From Basidiobolus meristosporus CBS 931.73 (lineage: Eukaryota; Fungi; Basidiobolomycota), in the NCBI GenBank assembly GCA_002104905.1, contig MCFE01000419.1, positions 1-64,000 of the forward strand: a stretch of 64,000 nt of DNA, written 5' to 3'. How positions within the stretch are numbered: the stretch's first letter is position 1; each line of letters begins with the position of its first letter. Under the pieces are notes generated by a model that worked only from the letters and a program-made list of their open reading frames with translations, searched no databases and was not told the DNA's origin. This document shows, in pieces, positions 12,869 through 26,500 of this stretch. The translations under genes and the position numbers were made by a program.

Positions 12869-14338
12869 CTATTTGGATGACTTGTGGAATTGAGTAAAGT
12901 ATACTACAAGCACAATGACGATAACTAACAGGAGGAAAAATACAAAAAGACAGATTTTTTTCTAGACAATTGGAAGGTGTGAGCCTAGCAGTTGATGTTT
13001 CCCAATAAGGACAGTCGCCTACCTTTCTGCTGGCCTTGGCGTATCCAATTGCCTGGTCCATTTGCTTGTTAGCTTCATATCCATGGTTTACTGTTGATTC
13101 CATGTGACTATCAATCTGCTGCACCATCTCATCCTGCAGCATAATCAAGGTTTGCATCTCTTCGTAGAGGCGAGCAAGTTCCTAGGAGTGTAATTAAATA
13201 AGAGGCGATCCTGCCAACGGCCAACATGTATAATAGACACAATACCACAATGCTCTTTTCAATTTTCTTGATGTCGTCATGTCTGCTCTGTACCTCCTTC
13301 AAAACCTCTCGTGCCTCCGAAGACCTTGTGGAAGTCATCAACTGCTATCACATCAGCAAATTGCCCCATGTTGAAATTTGATAGCATACTTACCGCCTGA
13401 GCAAACACCTGATTCCCGCCATTCTCACTGAGCACTTGCTCTATCTCTTCTTCCGAGGCATCCGGCTTCACTAAAGTTGCATATCCAAGTGGGTTACCAG
13501 GGCTGTTCCTCCTCAATATAGCAATAGACAGTCTGTACCAATGCGGTATTGTCTCTCCATTCTTTCTCTGTACCGGTTGCGAGACTCCTGCTCCACTGCT
13601 CGATAACGCTTGATGGCCTCCATGAATTTCTCCTGCAAAGCGGAGTACTATGTGCATTGTGTTAATCAACTGTACGCTATGGCCAGGTCCAGACGGGATG
13701 CATATTTGCCTTATTTCTTCTGATCTGCATTTGGCCAGGCTCACTTACTCTTCCGCTGGCAAGTCCTGTAGTCAAGATAGTTGGGGTTAAGCACGCGTTT
13801 CGGGACTTGACAGGGCTATTCAACAAGGAGTGATGGAATTCGGGAAGATACCTTTCAGCCGAAGCTTGATACTATTTCCCAGCTGAAACGTTTCCGAGAC
13901 CAACTTGTCTGTCTGGTTGCTGAGGGCTAACAACAGTCAACATTAGTTTTACTTTATCTCCAGACCATTCGAGCACTGAGATTGAGTTACAGGTGATTTG
14001 TTCTTCACTGAAAGCATCCAGTACATTAGAGTGAAGCTCCTGAATTCTTCTGACGTTCTGCTGGAACAAGCTGATGGCATCCTCGGTTTCGGTTACCTAT
14101 GACCGAGGAAGTCAGAGATTAGCAACATCAGGGACACTCCTCTTGGGGGTAACATACCTCCTGAAGAAAGCTGTTTAGGGAATTAGCAGGATCAACGTGC
14201 TGAACGCTTCCCAGTTCCATAGCTACAGGGTCCTCCAAGTTTGCATATCCGCCCTGTTGTCTGGGGAGTTAGGCCGGGTATGGCTTGAGCAGTGCAACAG
14301 GAAGATACCTTTATGCCAGCTAAACGGTCTCTACTCAT
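12869..14338 (-). CDS. Plasma-membrane Qa-SNARE (Sso/syntaxin-1 type), paralogue A
   Basis: N-peptide MSRDRLAGIK; LVKPDASEEEIEQVLS..QVFAQA; SNARE motif EVQSRHDDIKKIEKSIV|ELA..MQTLIMLQDEMV; C-terminal TM KKICLFVFFLLLVIVIVLVVY. Confidence 0.93.
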
Positions 14339-15679
14339 TTTTTGTCCGAGAAACTAACCAGTCAAGTGTTGTGAGGTGAGGCGAGTCGGTGGATAGCAAT
14401 ACAAGCGGCTAAATCCGTAGAGAAGGTGGGTTGAGAGAAAAGGTGGGCGGACTGAACAAAGAGAAATGGAGATGGATATTGTCAAGCTATGATCAATGAT
14501 ATCTTGGGTGAAACCACAGCTAATTATTTATTTATTTGGACTGGCCAGTTCGGATTGGATTCTCTTTTGACTCATGAATACCAGTATGTGAGGTTGGCTG
14601 GCGGACTATTTTTAGCTTGGTATGGAGGGACAGATGAAGAGGACATGCCATATTTAGTCACATCTCGATATTCACATACCAATGAGAGGCAGGCGGCAAA
14701 TTTTGGGTGGTATCCAGCTTATCTTCGATTTGGCTTCAATTTATTTCGCCTCAGTGATTCTGGGCTGAGCAGTTTGGTGGACATCAGCATCATGATCAGT
14801 CGAGAGATTCGTGATCCGCTAAACCAACGCAGCCTACCAAATGCGTGGTGTTGAGTACGAGTGCTCGGCCCAATCAGGTGCCTTGCTCACGTTTCCTTGT
14901 CTATAGAGTTCGGATGTGACAAGAATCTGCTACCTTGGTGCTGCCAGACGCAATTCCACAGGGTTTTGCTATCCACGGAGCCCTGTTTGCTCTCAGAGCG
15001 TATGGGTGCTGTGCCCACTGCGTCCACAACTGCTTGGCAATACGTGCCGTGTCGCAAGGCCTCTTGGTCTCTTTTGTAGTTGGCCTATGGTTTCCAGCGC
15101 CTGGGCAAGCTTGTGCTTGCCACCCTGACTGTTCATAAGATCCGTTTTGACAACCGGATCGCTATGTCGCACACTTCTGAGACTTTTCATTGGTTGTATT
15201 CTGTACCTGTTCTTTGTGCACTTCACTGATCGGGGGAAGAGAATACAGACAAGGAAGAGGCTGTCTAGATGACGATTGGCTGTATGGGCCTTGGCCTACC
15301 GGTGCAGACTTGCTCTACTAGATAGAGCCTCGTAATCGGATGGCTCTATGGCTTCCAGCTCCCCTAGTTGGGGTGCAGTCTCTCTAGATCCTTGTCTATC
15401 CTTATTGGTGAGATCGAGAAAGCAGCAATTGCGTTGCCTGTGGTGGCAGCTTAACCTAGTGCCATAGTGCTCCAGCTGCAGCGACAGACACGTACATATC
15501 CTACTACCAGGCCATCCCGACCAATGGCAGGCCCAACCAAGTCACATAGGTTTGGGAGAGAATTGCGTACCCAAGTCGCTTGGAAATGCGCTTATCAACA
15601 TCCAGTGAAGCCGCCTGCAATCGCTGTCTCATGAGGCATCGGGGTCCATTGTTGGCAAATTAATATAAGTGAATCCGAC

Positions 15680-16310
15680 ATAAACCATCTCATTGGTAAT
15701 GCCACCCTCCTGACATATTTCCGTAAAAGGGGCCCTTCACCAGAACAATGATGCCCACATGGCAGCGAGATGCACCTCCAGGTTGAGGCTTGACGCGCCA
15801 TTCCTGGAAATATATGGGCCAAGGTTGAAGGGATATTGGAGAGCACTCATCAACCACCCTTTGAGCGCTAAACACCGATTTACAAATGGCCTGAAGCCCC
15901 TGGGCATGCTGCCTCACTTACGCGATGGATTTGGAAGAATTGATTAACCACCATGGTGTGGAGACGAGATGACTGGGTAAACCCGCCTGGTGAAAGGCAG
16001 TTTATGTATCTACTGCAGCTATTTATGAACACACGACACCTCCGATACACCGCCGCTACACACATGATCAAGACCGCTGCCAAGAGCAACAAAGAATTGC
16101 GTAGACATGGGGGCAGCAGTCGGGTGACTGCTATTTGTCCAGTCTTGCAGCGTTCTTTGTAGCGGTATCCAGTTTGGTTGAAGTGTTGCCGCGCATGTTG
16201 GCAGATGAGCGACTCCAAATATTTTGAACCAGCTGAGCTTCTGTAAATCAAACCCAATCCATTTGCAGCAGCGTTGATTTACTCAAACAATAGACCTCAA
16301 CACTGGTGTT
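15680..16310 (+). mobile_element. Possible decayed LINE (L1-like) ORF2 C-terminal relic
   Basis: One stop-ridden frame reads EQ*CPHG..HL...IWAKVEGIL...WIWKN*LTTMVW, resembling the C-terminal Cys-His region and downstream W-IW motif of non-LTR ORF2. Eye match only. Confidence 0.38.
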
Positions 16311-16588
16311 ATTCCTAGAATACTTCTGGCATCGAAGTAAAACATTCCATTTACTAATTAGGGTTGATTGAGGTTCATATCTGAGCCTCAGGAGGCAGCC
16401 TGAGTCAATAAACTCCCTTCCCGACCTATATAAGCCTGGCACTTCTCCCGAACTCACCACTTGGAATTTGCAGAGGACCATCACATCACCTTCATCACCC
16501 TACACTATTTATCCTAGCGCCGACTTCCATCAAGTCCACGCCTACCACTGTTCATAATCGATCTCCTTCCTCTTCCTCCAATCGCAAA

Positions 16589-17786
16589 ATGCCTTCTTAC
16601 GATGTAGGTGCTTGGTAGATTGTTCGTGACTGTAGCTGACCGTTACCTATAGGGCGATACCCCTAGTCAAATGGAGAAGGGAGTTCGCAGCGTAATGTCT
16701 GCCGCTGAGTTTAATAAAGCGGTTAGTAATATAAGAGCATCATGTCGAGGTTGTAGAAGATGAATAGTGAACATGGACTTTAGCTGGAAGAGCTCAGTGA
16801 ACTACGCCAAAGATGTGAAATCAACATCATCGAGATAGACGAAAAATACCAGGCTTCATTAGACATATTAACTCCGCAAGAATCAGCCGGTACTATTTGT
16901 ATAATCGTGGAACCCAATCCGATCGGAAATCCTTAACCCCACTTGCTCTTTAGAAAATTCCTCACAGTTGAGAGAACTCTCTACTCGAACAACCTCCATG
17001 CTGGGGCTGGGCAAAGAGCATCTAAAAGGTACAAAAATAACCCAGTAGTCGGTTGCCAAGTGTATCTTACTTACTCAACTATCCTGTAGTTCTTTATAGG
17101 AACATCCTTCAATCTGATGATGTAGAGCTACGTAGAAAAAGGGTAAGTATTGCTGTGTAAGTGGGTATAATAATGGAGGTTAAACCAATGCAGTGTGCAG
17201 GTGCAAAGCAACAGCTTGAGAGTACCGTTAAAAAATACCGAGAGACAGAGAGGAATGGACAGGAGAACTACAGAAATGTTTTGAGACGCCATTATGTCAT
17301 GGTGAATCCAGAGGCCACTGAAGTAGAGATCGAGGACTATGTCGCAAGTGAGCCGAACGATCAGATATTCGCAAGTGCGGTATGTAGGCACCGATAGACT
17401 ACTGACCACCTCCATACAGGGAATGTAATTAACCATTCGGGGTTTCTTTAAAATAGATCCTGCGGAAGAACAACGCTAAGGCCACGGCCCAACTAGTAAG
17501 AGACCGTCACCAAGATATCGTGGAAATCACGAGGATGATCGTGGAACTGGACTCACTATTCAGACAAGTTCACGAAATGGTCGAGGAGCAGCAAGAAATT
17601 ATCCAACACGTCGAAGAGAAGGTCGTGGTTGCCAACGACCAACTGAGCGAGGGTAATCGAGAATTGGATAGAACTAAAAAAATCATGTTGCAGTTACGGG
17701 CGAAATACAAAATGCTAACACTGATAGCGATCATCATCTTGGTTGTTGTTGCAGTGGTGATCTATATCGCCATTAGGAAAAAATGA
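16589..17786 (+). CDS. Divergent Sso/syntaxin-like Qa-SNARE, paralogue B
   Basis: VMVNPEATEVEIEDY..DQIFASA; RHQDIVEITRMIVELDSLFRQVHEMVEEQQEII; TM MLTLIAIIILVVVAVVIYIAIRKK*. Start taken at ATG 16589 (MPSYD|intron); 5' exon structure less certain. Confidence 0.88.
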
Positions 17787-18699
17787 AGCAGCTTGCTTGC
17801 CTTATATTCCATTGAATCCCAAAATCCATCAGCTTTTGCTTAGTAGCCACATACATCACATCTATATATCATGGCAGGCAGATTAACGGATTATCCGCAA
17901 ATAAAGATAACGGATTCATGCTCCATACAAGTATCTCGTATCTAACCGCACCATAACTGGATTCCTGTCACTTTAAAGCAAAATAAGTCTTGGTTTCCGA
18001 CGCTGCACCCCAAGTATTATACTCGGTAAGAATCCGCATCGAAAATTAACGGGAAATGCGGCCTGGGGCTTGATGAATGGGTAGCATGGAGCGAAACTCA
18101 GTAAAGCCAGAGTCATCCTTGGGGGCGCACTTAATTCCAATGGACTCCGTCATATATATGGAGCTTATGCCCTTTGACTTGTTAGGTTTTGCGTCAACGC
18201 GAAGAGGGAGTTAAAGAGTATCTCTTGAGATGTTGCAATTACTGCTGGGAGAATATACTCAAACTAGTATTCGTTTCCGCAGGTTCCCCTTAATCTCCAA
18301 ACCAAATTTATCATGTTGCTTGTCAGATATTTATATGTTATTGTGAGTATATGCGGTTTCATCCTAATGTTTCTGACTTTCAACATGTTTATTCAACAGC
18401 GTCTGAGTCTTGCTAGCACGCGATAATCCTGGTTTAACCAGAGTTTTTCTTCAAAGTAGCAACACATTAGTCTATAGCGGAGGTGTTATTTTATTCAATT
18501 CATTCAATGGGTCTGTGTACGAGACCAAACTTGGAAGCGGCCAGAGTGCCGAAGAGAATCTATGTGTGCTCCTTGTGTGAGGGGCTTTGAAGGCATGGAA
18601 ATCGGGCTTTAATGCGGGAATGGACGGATAGATGAATTAATGCAAGTATCAGTGGACCAAAAGGTTTGATATCATGCGGCTGCTTTGGTGCTAAATGTC

Positions 18700-19700
18700 A
18701 AGCATCTACATTGCTGAAATCTTGATTGGCTCCGATACACCCGATGAGAGATCTTGTGAGCCATCACAGGCTTGAGCTGAAGAATCTACGGGCTTATTTG
18801 CAGGACAGAAGCTCCCAGCGTGGTCATTGACCTGAAAGAGGGTAGCGAACGTCTCGTGGATATAACCGGTGCTGGCCAGGATATTGATTCCCAATTGATC
18901 CATTGCTGGTGAGTGAGGCAATAATTGGATGTATACCACGGATATGCAGTTGGTTCGATGGAAACCTGAGTGCTGAGCTGCTGGCGATACTCGGGGTTTC
19001 TTTTATAGGAGGAAGAAGTGATCTCTTCAGCAGTTGAAGCTGTACACTTCCGCACCGATCCTCTATAGTGCCCACCAGAGATTTTTGGCCGCCGTGTGCA
19101 GGGGCTATGCTACTCTTCATGTATTGTTCCGCTGGATTCAGTTTGAGAGACTCTCTGATTATTGGTTGGCGGTGGGCCATGGTTGAAACAAACAGGAGCC
19201 CATTGAAAATCCAATAATTGAGAGACAGTGCATTCTGACGCAGGGTGGGTTGATCACAATTATGAATCTAGGAATCATCAGCAATTTGAAACACGGATGC
19301 TCATTGCGGCATATTCCTATGCGTTGGGTTTCAATGGGGTTAATCCTCATGCTTGGGGACTTGGCACTAACCCATTATTTCGGCAAAATTGGTCTGAACA
19401 TAGATAGAGGATAGAGGTTTCAAGCTTCGAAATCGATGCTCCGCACAGATATGGGAGTGCATCCATAATCGCCCGCCATTGTTGGATAGTTGCTAGTTAT
19501 GACATCACATTCGGTTGAAGCCTCTTGGCTGTGTACAGGGATGTCGAAAAGCTCAGTGTGATGTATATCGGTTTGTTTAAGGTGGACAAACCTGAGCAGA
19601 ATAGCAGTGGATATGTGCACCTCGTTATGCGGATGTGGCAGAGTTAAGTTCCAGCAGCAACCTTGGACTTCGCTGCAGATTATCGTGACCTACTTCTTCT
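18700..19700 (-). mobile_element. Probable heavily decayed LINE reverse-transcriptase relic
   Basis: Minus-strand fragments ITRCTYPLLFC (cf. RQGCPLSPLLF), LPYLCGASISKLETSILYL (cf. ASG.KIN..KT.IL) and QQWINWESISWP (cf. L1 W..W..IC.P), in L1 order with many stops. Confidence 0.45.
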
Positions 19701-20552
19701 CTGCTCAAGGTCCATTTCATCTAATGAAGTACGCAAAGAACACCCCACACAGAGAGCAAGAGTGTGGGGTGATGGAATAGCTACCACAATATTATACTAC
19801 AATTGGGAGGACATTCGGTATCAGTGTTGCAAGGGGATAGACTTCGATAGAACTATTGCTGACAGCTTTATCTAATGGTCAGACGCTGTAAAGATGGGCA
19901 GCTAATCTATCGATTTATGTGATGAGTATCCAGCCTGCTCATGAAGACATAATTCCCAACGTGGCGTAGTGTTTAGGTCAGCCTCATTCCCTTCCTATCT
20001 CCAGCCACCACCACCACAGCAACTATGATCCAAGCAACATGGACCATACCCAAATCCCAGATTGGTAACAGCACGTTGTTATAACTTTTGGCCCACTAAT
20101 ATAGACACCCAAGCCTGATTAAATAATATATCAAAATCCAAAGTACATGAAGGGAAACAATCCACTCATTATGCAAACTATGGTACCAGCAGCACATATC
20201 TGGTTAAATTTAGCAGAATTGCTTCAGTAATCACTGAATGACTTCGGCAGCGTATGTTGCTAAATCTGGAAATACTGATTTATAAATAGAGCCGTAAAAA
20301 TAAATCTCCAGCTTAGCTAACTAATCCTAACCCTAAGCTTTGTTACTCGTTACAATCATACTTGAGATTAACTTCAGTAGGAATGATTGGTACTTTCCTA
20401 TGATAGCATTCATAGGAAAATGATTAATTCGTACTGCGTATATATTCCCTTTCTTTTAACGAGTAGCGATACTTTGAACTCTTTTATTAATACCATCTTA
20501 AGTTCTTCTCTATCAAAGATTCGAAACAGGCTGATATAATCTTGGTGTGACA

Positions 20553-23500
20553 ATGCCTGATTCTGAGGGAATTCCAATCCCTGCGAGAAGGGGGACAAAT
20601 GGCTCACTTTCAATTCAAGTACCCAAAAAGCCCTCAGTTGGTAGCTTTGGTAGAAAGGCGGGCGGTGCTTTCAAACGGAATAATGCCGTTTACTCGAAAC
20701 CAGACGAAAATAAAAAGTTCATTTTTGGTCTATTAGAGAAGCTTCAGAAGAGGAAAAGGCCGCCTCCCTTAATGTCTTGGAGTTATCAAACCGAAGAGGG
20801 ATTAACCGTCTCCGAAGAAGTAGTGGATATGGTTATGCAACTAAGAGATGCCCTTGCCATCTGTGATGTAGGCCAGGACCCAAATTCCAACTACAACCAA
20901 TCTTATGAAAACAGTCCAATCGAAGGGTACGTCCGTGAGGATTTACAATATGCAACTCGCACCATTTCCGAATACACGGCACCCGATTTCTATCACACAC
21001 GTAGCTAAAAAGCTAACATACATTCTCCCTACCTTTAGGAGCCCATCAAGTTCTCCGTCTCGCTCTCGTTCTCCTGTGAGCTCACATCGCTCCTTCTCTC
21101 CTTCTCCTTCTCGGAAGAACAAGAAAATGTTCGACATTATGATGACTAGCGATGAAATCTTTCTGGAGAAAATCCTTGATATGGTTTCTGATCTAGTTCA
21201 ATATGAAAGCCGCTATCCAATTGCTGTTCCTAAGCTTACACGACCACCATTTATTCTGCAGTCAGTTTTACTAGACTTGGCGCAGTTGCTAATTGAGCGA
21301 TATCCGCCTAACCCTAGATTTTACTACCAAGTGGGGATTAATTTTGTTACAGCGCTGTATACCTTCAAAGGCTTCATGTACCAGAGGCTTCTACTACTCT
21401 ATTACAACACGATTATACCCTGTTTGCTACCAAGGGGTGCCCCCAAAATTCCGACTAGCGTAAACAGACATAGCAGGAAAGCTTCCACCATGACCCAAGG
21501 TAATAACTTCAGGAATTTACTTACCACAGCCTATATTAAACACAGCCGTTTCTAGAATCTGCCAGTATTACCATTACTCTCCCGGAGCCTTCATCCCCGC
21601 CCGCCATGGCTTCAGACTCTCATTATTTGGGACCACAGTTTACCGATCAGGCTGATGATGTAGGGGAAAGCTGGAGAATGGGGAACAGAGACCGTGGGGC
21701 TCATTATCGTAAACGATCAAGTTTCTCATCCACCTACTCGGATGATTTGGAGCTTCGTAACAGCTATTCTTCAATATGTGAGCCAGTACTACTCGCTTTG
21801 TTGCATAATACTAAGGGTTCGGAGATGGCGCTTGTCAGTCTTTACCATAGCCATCTATTGATCGATTTGATCATCTCAAATAAGCCCGATGTATACATCA
21901 ACATCTTAAATGTGGTCGCTTACGGTAGCCAAGAAGTCCGCTATCGTGCTTTGCAGATTCTCTTTCAATATTGGGAGCATGGAGCTGGCCATCTGCTGAT
22001 TGCTGAACCGTTGCCCAAAATTGATTACAAATCTGATCTGGAGCTGAAGAATAATCAGGAGCTTCGAAATGAACCACAGCTATCGAATGATCCAATAGCC
22101 AGTACAAATTCAAGCGCCTCTGAGGACTGGCACGACCACGAATACTATCCGCATCTGTACCTAGCGGATGGGCCTAGCTCTCACAACTCTGAGCAATCGG
22201 TATGCATTTGTACTCATTGTCTGAATCATATTGATTATTTTGGAGTTCGATGCCATGGGTGCGGAAACAATGTCCATTATTCCTGTTATAACGCTGCCAG
22301 ACTGCAATTCTACGGAGAAGAGTCGGGCATATCCACTTTACAATCAATTCCTTATTCGTATATCACCCCAAACCCTCGAATAGCCTTGTTGAGTCCAAAA
22401 TATCCTGAAGGGACTACTACCGTACGCATTGGTCCTCACAACTATCGACAGGTCAATACATTATGCTTATTAGCCTGTAATATTTGCTTGGATCCTTTAT
22501 GGGGAATCTCACACCAGGGATATCATTGCGAAGGATGTGGTCGCCTAGCACATTTCGAGTGTATACACGCATGCGCAAAACTAGAATGCGGAGAGCAACG
22601 CCAATCTCACACTCTGACAATCACGCAGAAGAGAATACAAGAGCGCTTTGTTTCCCATTATTCGGATATCTTGCTTAAGCCAGGGACTCTGAACGACTAC
22701 AGTTACGAAGAGTTAACACTTATCCTAGATATTCTTAGGCTGCAGAAACAATTGTTTGATAGCTCCATCATGTCCGGCTATGTGGTGTTTGATTTTTCAA
22801 CTGGAGAGTCGACCTCACTGAGTCTTCCTGAATTAGACTCTGCTATCGCGTTGATCGATTCCCAAATCATAGCAACGGTTGCTTCAGGCATCACCAATTC
22901 ATTTATGGGCTACTTTTTTGGATTGAATCGAACAACCGCCCATAGTTTGATATTTTCAAGGGTGCACCTTGTTCAGATGACACTCTTGATGAAGTACCAG
23001 TCTAGAAACGATAGTGCTGGCGGAAGTCTCTTGCAAGTGTATTTACCTGAGCCAGAAGAGGAGCTACTGCAACGGGAGAGTTTAACTTGCCAGGAGGTTG
23101 AAGCCTGGATACGTAAGGAATGCAAATTCCACACCAATCTAGTCGTTAAGCAACTGATTCAATCGATGAGTGATCTGGGATTCTTAGAAGGGTTGTTTAC
23201 ATCACCGGATTATGTAAGTAATATGGGACCGCAAACTAGCAGCCCGAATGATGGAATAGACATATTCAAGAGCAAACATTCCACAGCTGAGATCATCTTC
23301 CCAATTCCTTATGTGATCGAGCCCTCTCCAACTGTAGAAATACTCTTATCAGCAATCGAAACATGTCTATCTGACATAGACCTGTCAGTCAATGAATGCG
23401 GGTTCCTGTTGCTAACGCGTAGATGTTGGCCACACCCACTCATGTCTCATTATTGCCTTGAGCATTTGACAAGATCCGTTCTGTATTGGCTATACGATGA

Positions 23501-26500
23501 GGACAACCGACTATCTGTCATCCATTTGGAGTATACATCCAAGAGATTATCCCCGCCAGGGGTGCGCCAGGTCTTAGAGGAAAAACGACTACTAGCTACC
23601 GTTAATCCAGCCATTGCTAGTAAATATACTTTTGTTCATAGCAGAACTGGTGGCGGTGCCTATGTTACCGCTAGACGTGGGTTAAAGGACAAGTACATAT
23701 ACAGATGGTTAAAGGCCATCCACAATCTAGATCACGAATTATATTCCCGAACAGTCTACCAACAAACAGAAATAGCTGAAAAGAGACTCTGGCAGGTTGC
23801 GCAAGGAGTATTGCCACCAGAAAGTCATGATACAGGGAAAAAAGGCCCCACTGCGTTGTTCAACTCTGGCGCTGCTACGAGCCTGACGAACACTAGCAAA
23901 GGCAATCGTTTTGAGAATTTCCTGGATTGTTTCTTTAGGCTCAAGAATAATGGTCTGGTGTTCTCGTGCTATGACCGGATTCTAGCTTACTGGTTTGAAG
24001 ATGTGCTCAAAGCGTTTGGAAGCTCTAGCAGTTTAACAGATGATCTAACAGAGGGGATATTGACTTCATCGGATATCAAGGCACTTCAAAGACTTCTCAA
24101 TGGAGGAATCAAGGCTGGGCCTGTTTCCAACCTGGAGCAAATTTATAAGAGTGTTGACCCTAATCAGCACCTCGGGGTACCTACTTCTACGACATCGAAA
24201 ACCAATCCCACCAATGGGCCAGAGTATGTAGAGGAGAGCCCTATTACCATGATATATCGTAGATTTATTTTGGCCAAGAACAACTTCGAGAGGATGAAAG
24301 CGTTGGATTGGCTACGTATCCTCATAGCTGGAGGTGCCACAGTTCCCAACTCAGTATTTACAGACTTGTGTCAAATCCTACGCGATTCTGACGCATCATC
24401 GCCAGGAATGGGTTCCCCCGGTCAAGGCAAATCGCCAGACTCATTCTATCGGAGTTCAAATACCCTGACCAATGTATCGGTGTACGTAAGGATACTTCAG
24501 ATGATATGGAGCAACACCAAACACTCAGATTCAGAGACAAGAGAGATTGCGAATATCTTGACAACTATCAACGAGGCCAACTATAATCAGATTTGCCAGG
24601 TGTTCCAAGATTGTGAAGCGAACACAACGCCGGAGCTATATTCACAACAATTTCTAGACAGTGAGATCAACACCATTTCGATCTTTGTCAAGTACAACTT
24701 GGTCTTGATCTTGCATATCTTGGGGTGCCCTTATGATAAAATCGAAGCTGCTGAGATCTTACCAGTCAACAGCGAGTTGTGCTTTCATCATGGTAACTCA
24801 GCGTCAGCCCCTGATACTGGGGCGAATTCCCTTGATAGCGATAAGGCATTCGAGGTCGAGAAAGTCAAAGAGATAATGACATATATTGCCAGCTATTCAG
24901 AGCATTCCAAGTTGAATATTCACGTAGAGCTCATCAAGACGTTGTATCTCATCACTAGCCACGATTTTGAGGACGAAACTGGTCTTACCTCTAAAGAGCT
25001 TTTGCACAGCAAACTGCTAAAAATCATCTGGGAGTTAATGTCACCCAACTACGATTTCTTGGCAGAGTTCTCCTTGTCGGTATTTATGCGAACGATTAAG
25101 CTTTATCCCGAAGAGTTCCATGAATTCATCGAGGGTATTTTTACCTCGGAGGATTGGGAAACTCGGTACAAAAATCTGGACAATGGATTCGGTATATTCT
25201 TCAAGACTACCCGTGATTTTGAGACTTTGCATAGAGATAGTCTTCATTTACTGGGCCCGGTATATAACTACTGTGTAGCTAGCTTATGGGACAAAAACCA
25301 AAACGTGAGTAACAAAGGTTTGACTATAGCTAGATCTATGCGCTCCACCAACCAGCAGAATGCCTTGAAAGCCTGGGAAATGTACTTTGCTGAAGAGAAA
25401 TCGGTAGCAGAGAAGACCAAGATTGTACAGTACATGACAAGATTGAACGCAATATTCCCTGGATTGCAGGTGTTTGATTGGGAGCCTTTAACGTTTACTC
25501 TGCTGAAGTACGATACAAGCGCTGCGGACAAAGCACAGAGGAGATCAAGTGGACTACCTCCGACCAGATCACATCCTCCCGGGAATACCTCGTCAAAGAA
25601 CGGCAATCGAATAGAGATCTCTGCGCCAGCAGGCAAAACTCCCTTAGGTGATATCGAGAATCTGAAGGCATCCTTAATGACTCTGGCATTGCAGATGCTA
25701 GCTAATAGTGTCAAGATATCTTCTTCGGAATTGGTCAGACTAAAGTCAGCGGTGGTCATCCACCTCGGTTTTGAGGATTGTAAGATCGACTGGCAGGCTC
25801 CAAAAAACAAAGAAGTTACATTTGGGGCACTGCCCCATACGGCTGATTGGAACTCACACATTCTGTTGAATGTGTTCGTGCTTGGAATCAAACGTGTGCT
25901 CGACAACGTTCCTCTACCTAAGAAGCCTCACCGGAAACATGAGGAGTCCTCCAATGGGCCTATAGTTAGTGGTATTACTGCGAGCATTGGGCCAGAAATG
26001 CTATCACAATCAAAGTACCACGAGTCTCACACACTTACAGAAGACGGAGACAACTCAGCTGACAACATGGTTCCTGGCACATGGTTTGTGGATGTAATAC
26101 TGAAGATGTTTCTCAGTTGCAACGAGCTCTATGCCTTACCTACTGTCATGTTGAAATCATGGTTAGAGTTGATGCTGATCATTGTCAATAAGGTAAATGA
26201 GGATTTAATATTCGCCTTGAGCTTCTTGCTAACTTTGAGACTCTAGTACGAACTTGACGAAACTGTGATTCCTGTCATGCGTCGTATCACCGAAATCGTG
26301 TCTATCGATATCAACGATGAGAACAAACAGCTTGCCATTGCGGTGTGCTATTCCCTTCTCAAGAAGCCTGGCAAGCTGTCAGCACTTTTGTTATCAAAGC
26401 AAATCATCGCCATGGGAAAGTTGCTGTGCAAGGCACGCGATTCCCCACAGGATATAGCTGCTCTCAAAGCAAAGGAATTCCTGCGAGAGGCTTTCTATAA

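Noticed and set aside
14489-15226. Small membrane or Cys-rich gene between the two syntaxins
   Set aside because: The ORFs are short, stop-bounded and lack convincing starts or motifs; may be more TE relic.
20321-20336. Telomere-like CTAATCCTAACCCTAA
   Set aside because: Only about two imperfect units; not significant.
25268-25906. 212-aa antisense ORF and similar shadow ORFs (e.g. 49048-49626)
   Set aside because: They lie opposite well-supported coding frames and have no independent motifs.
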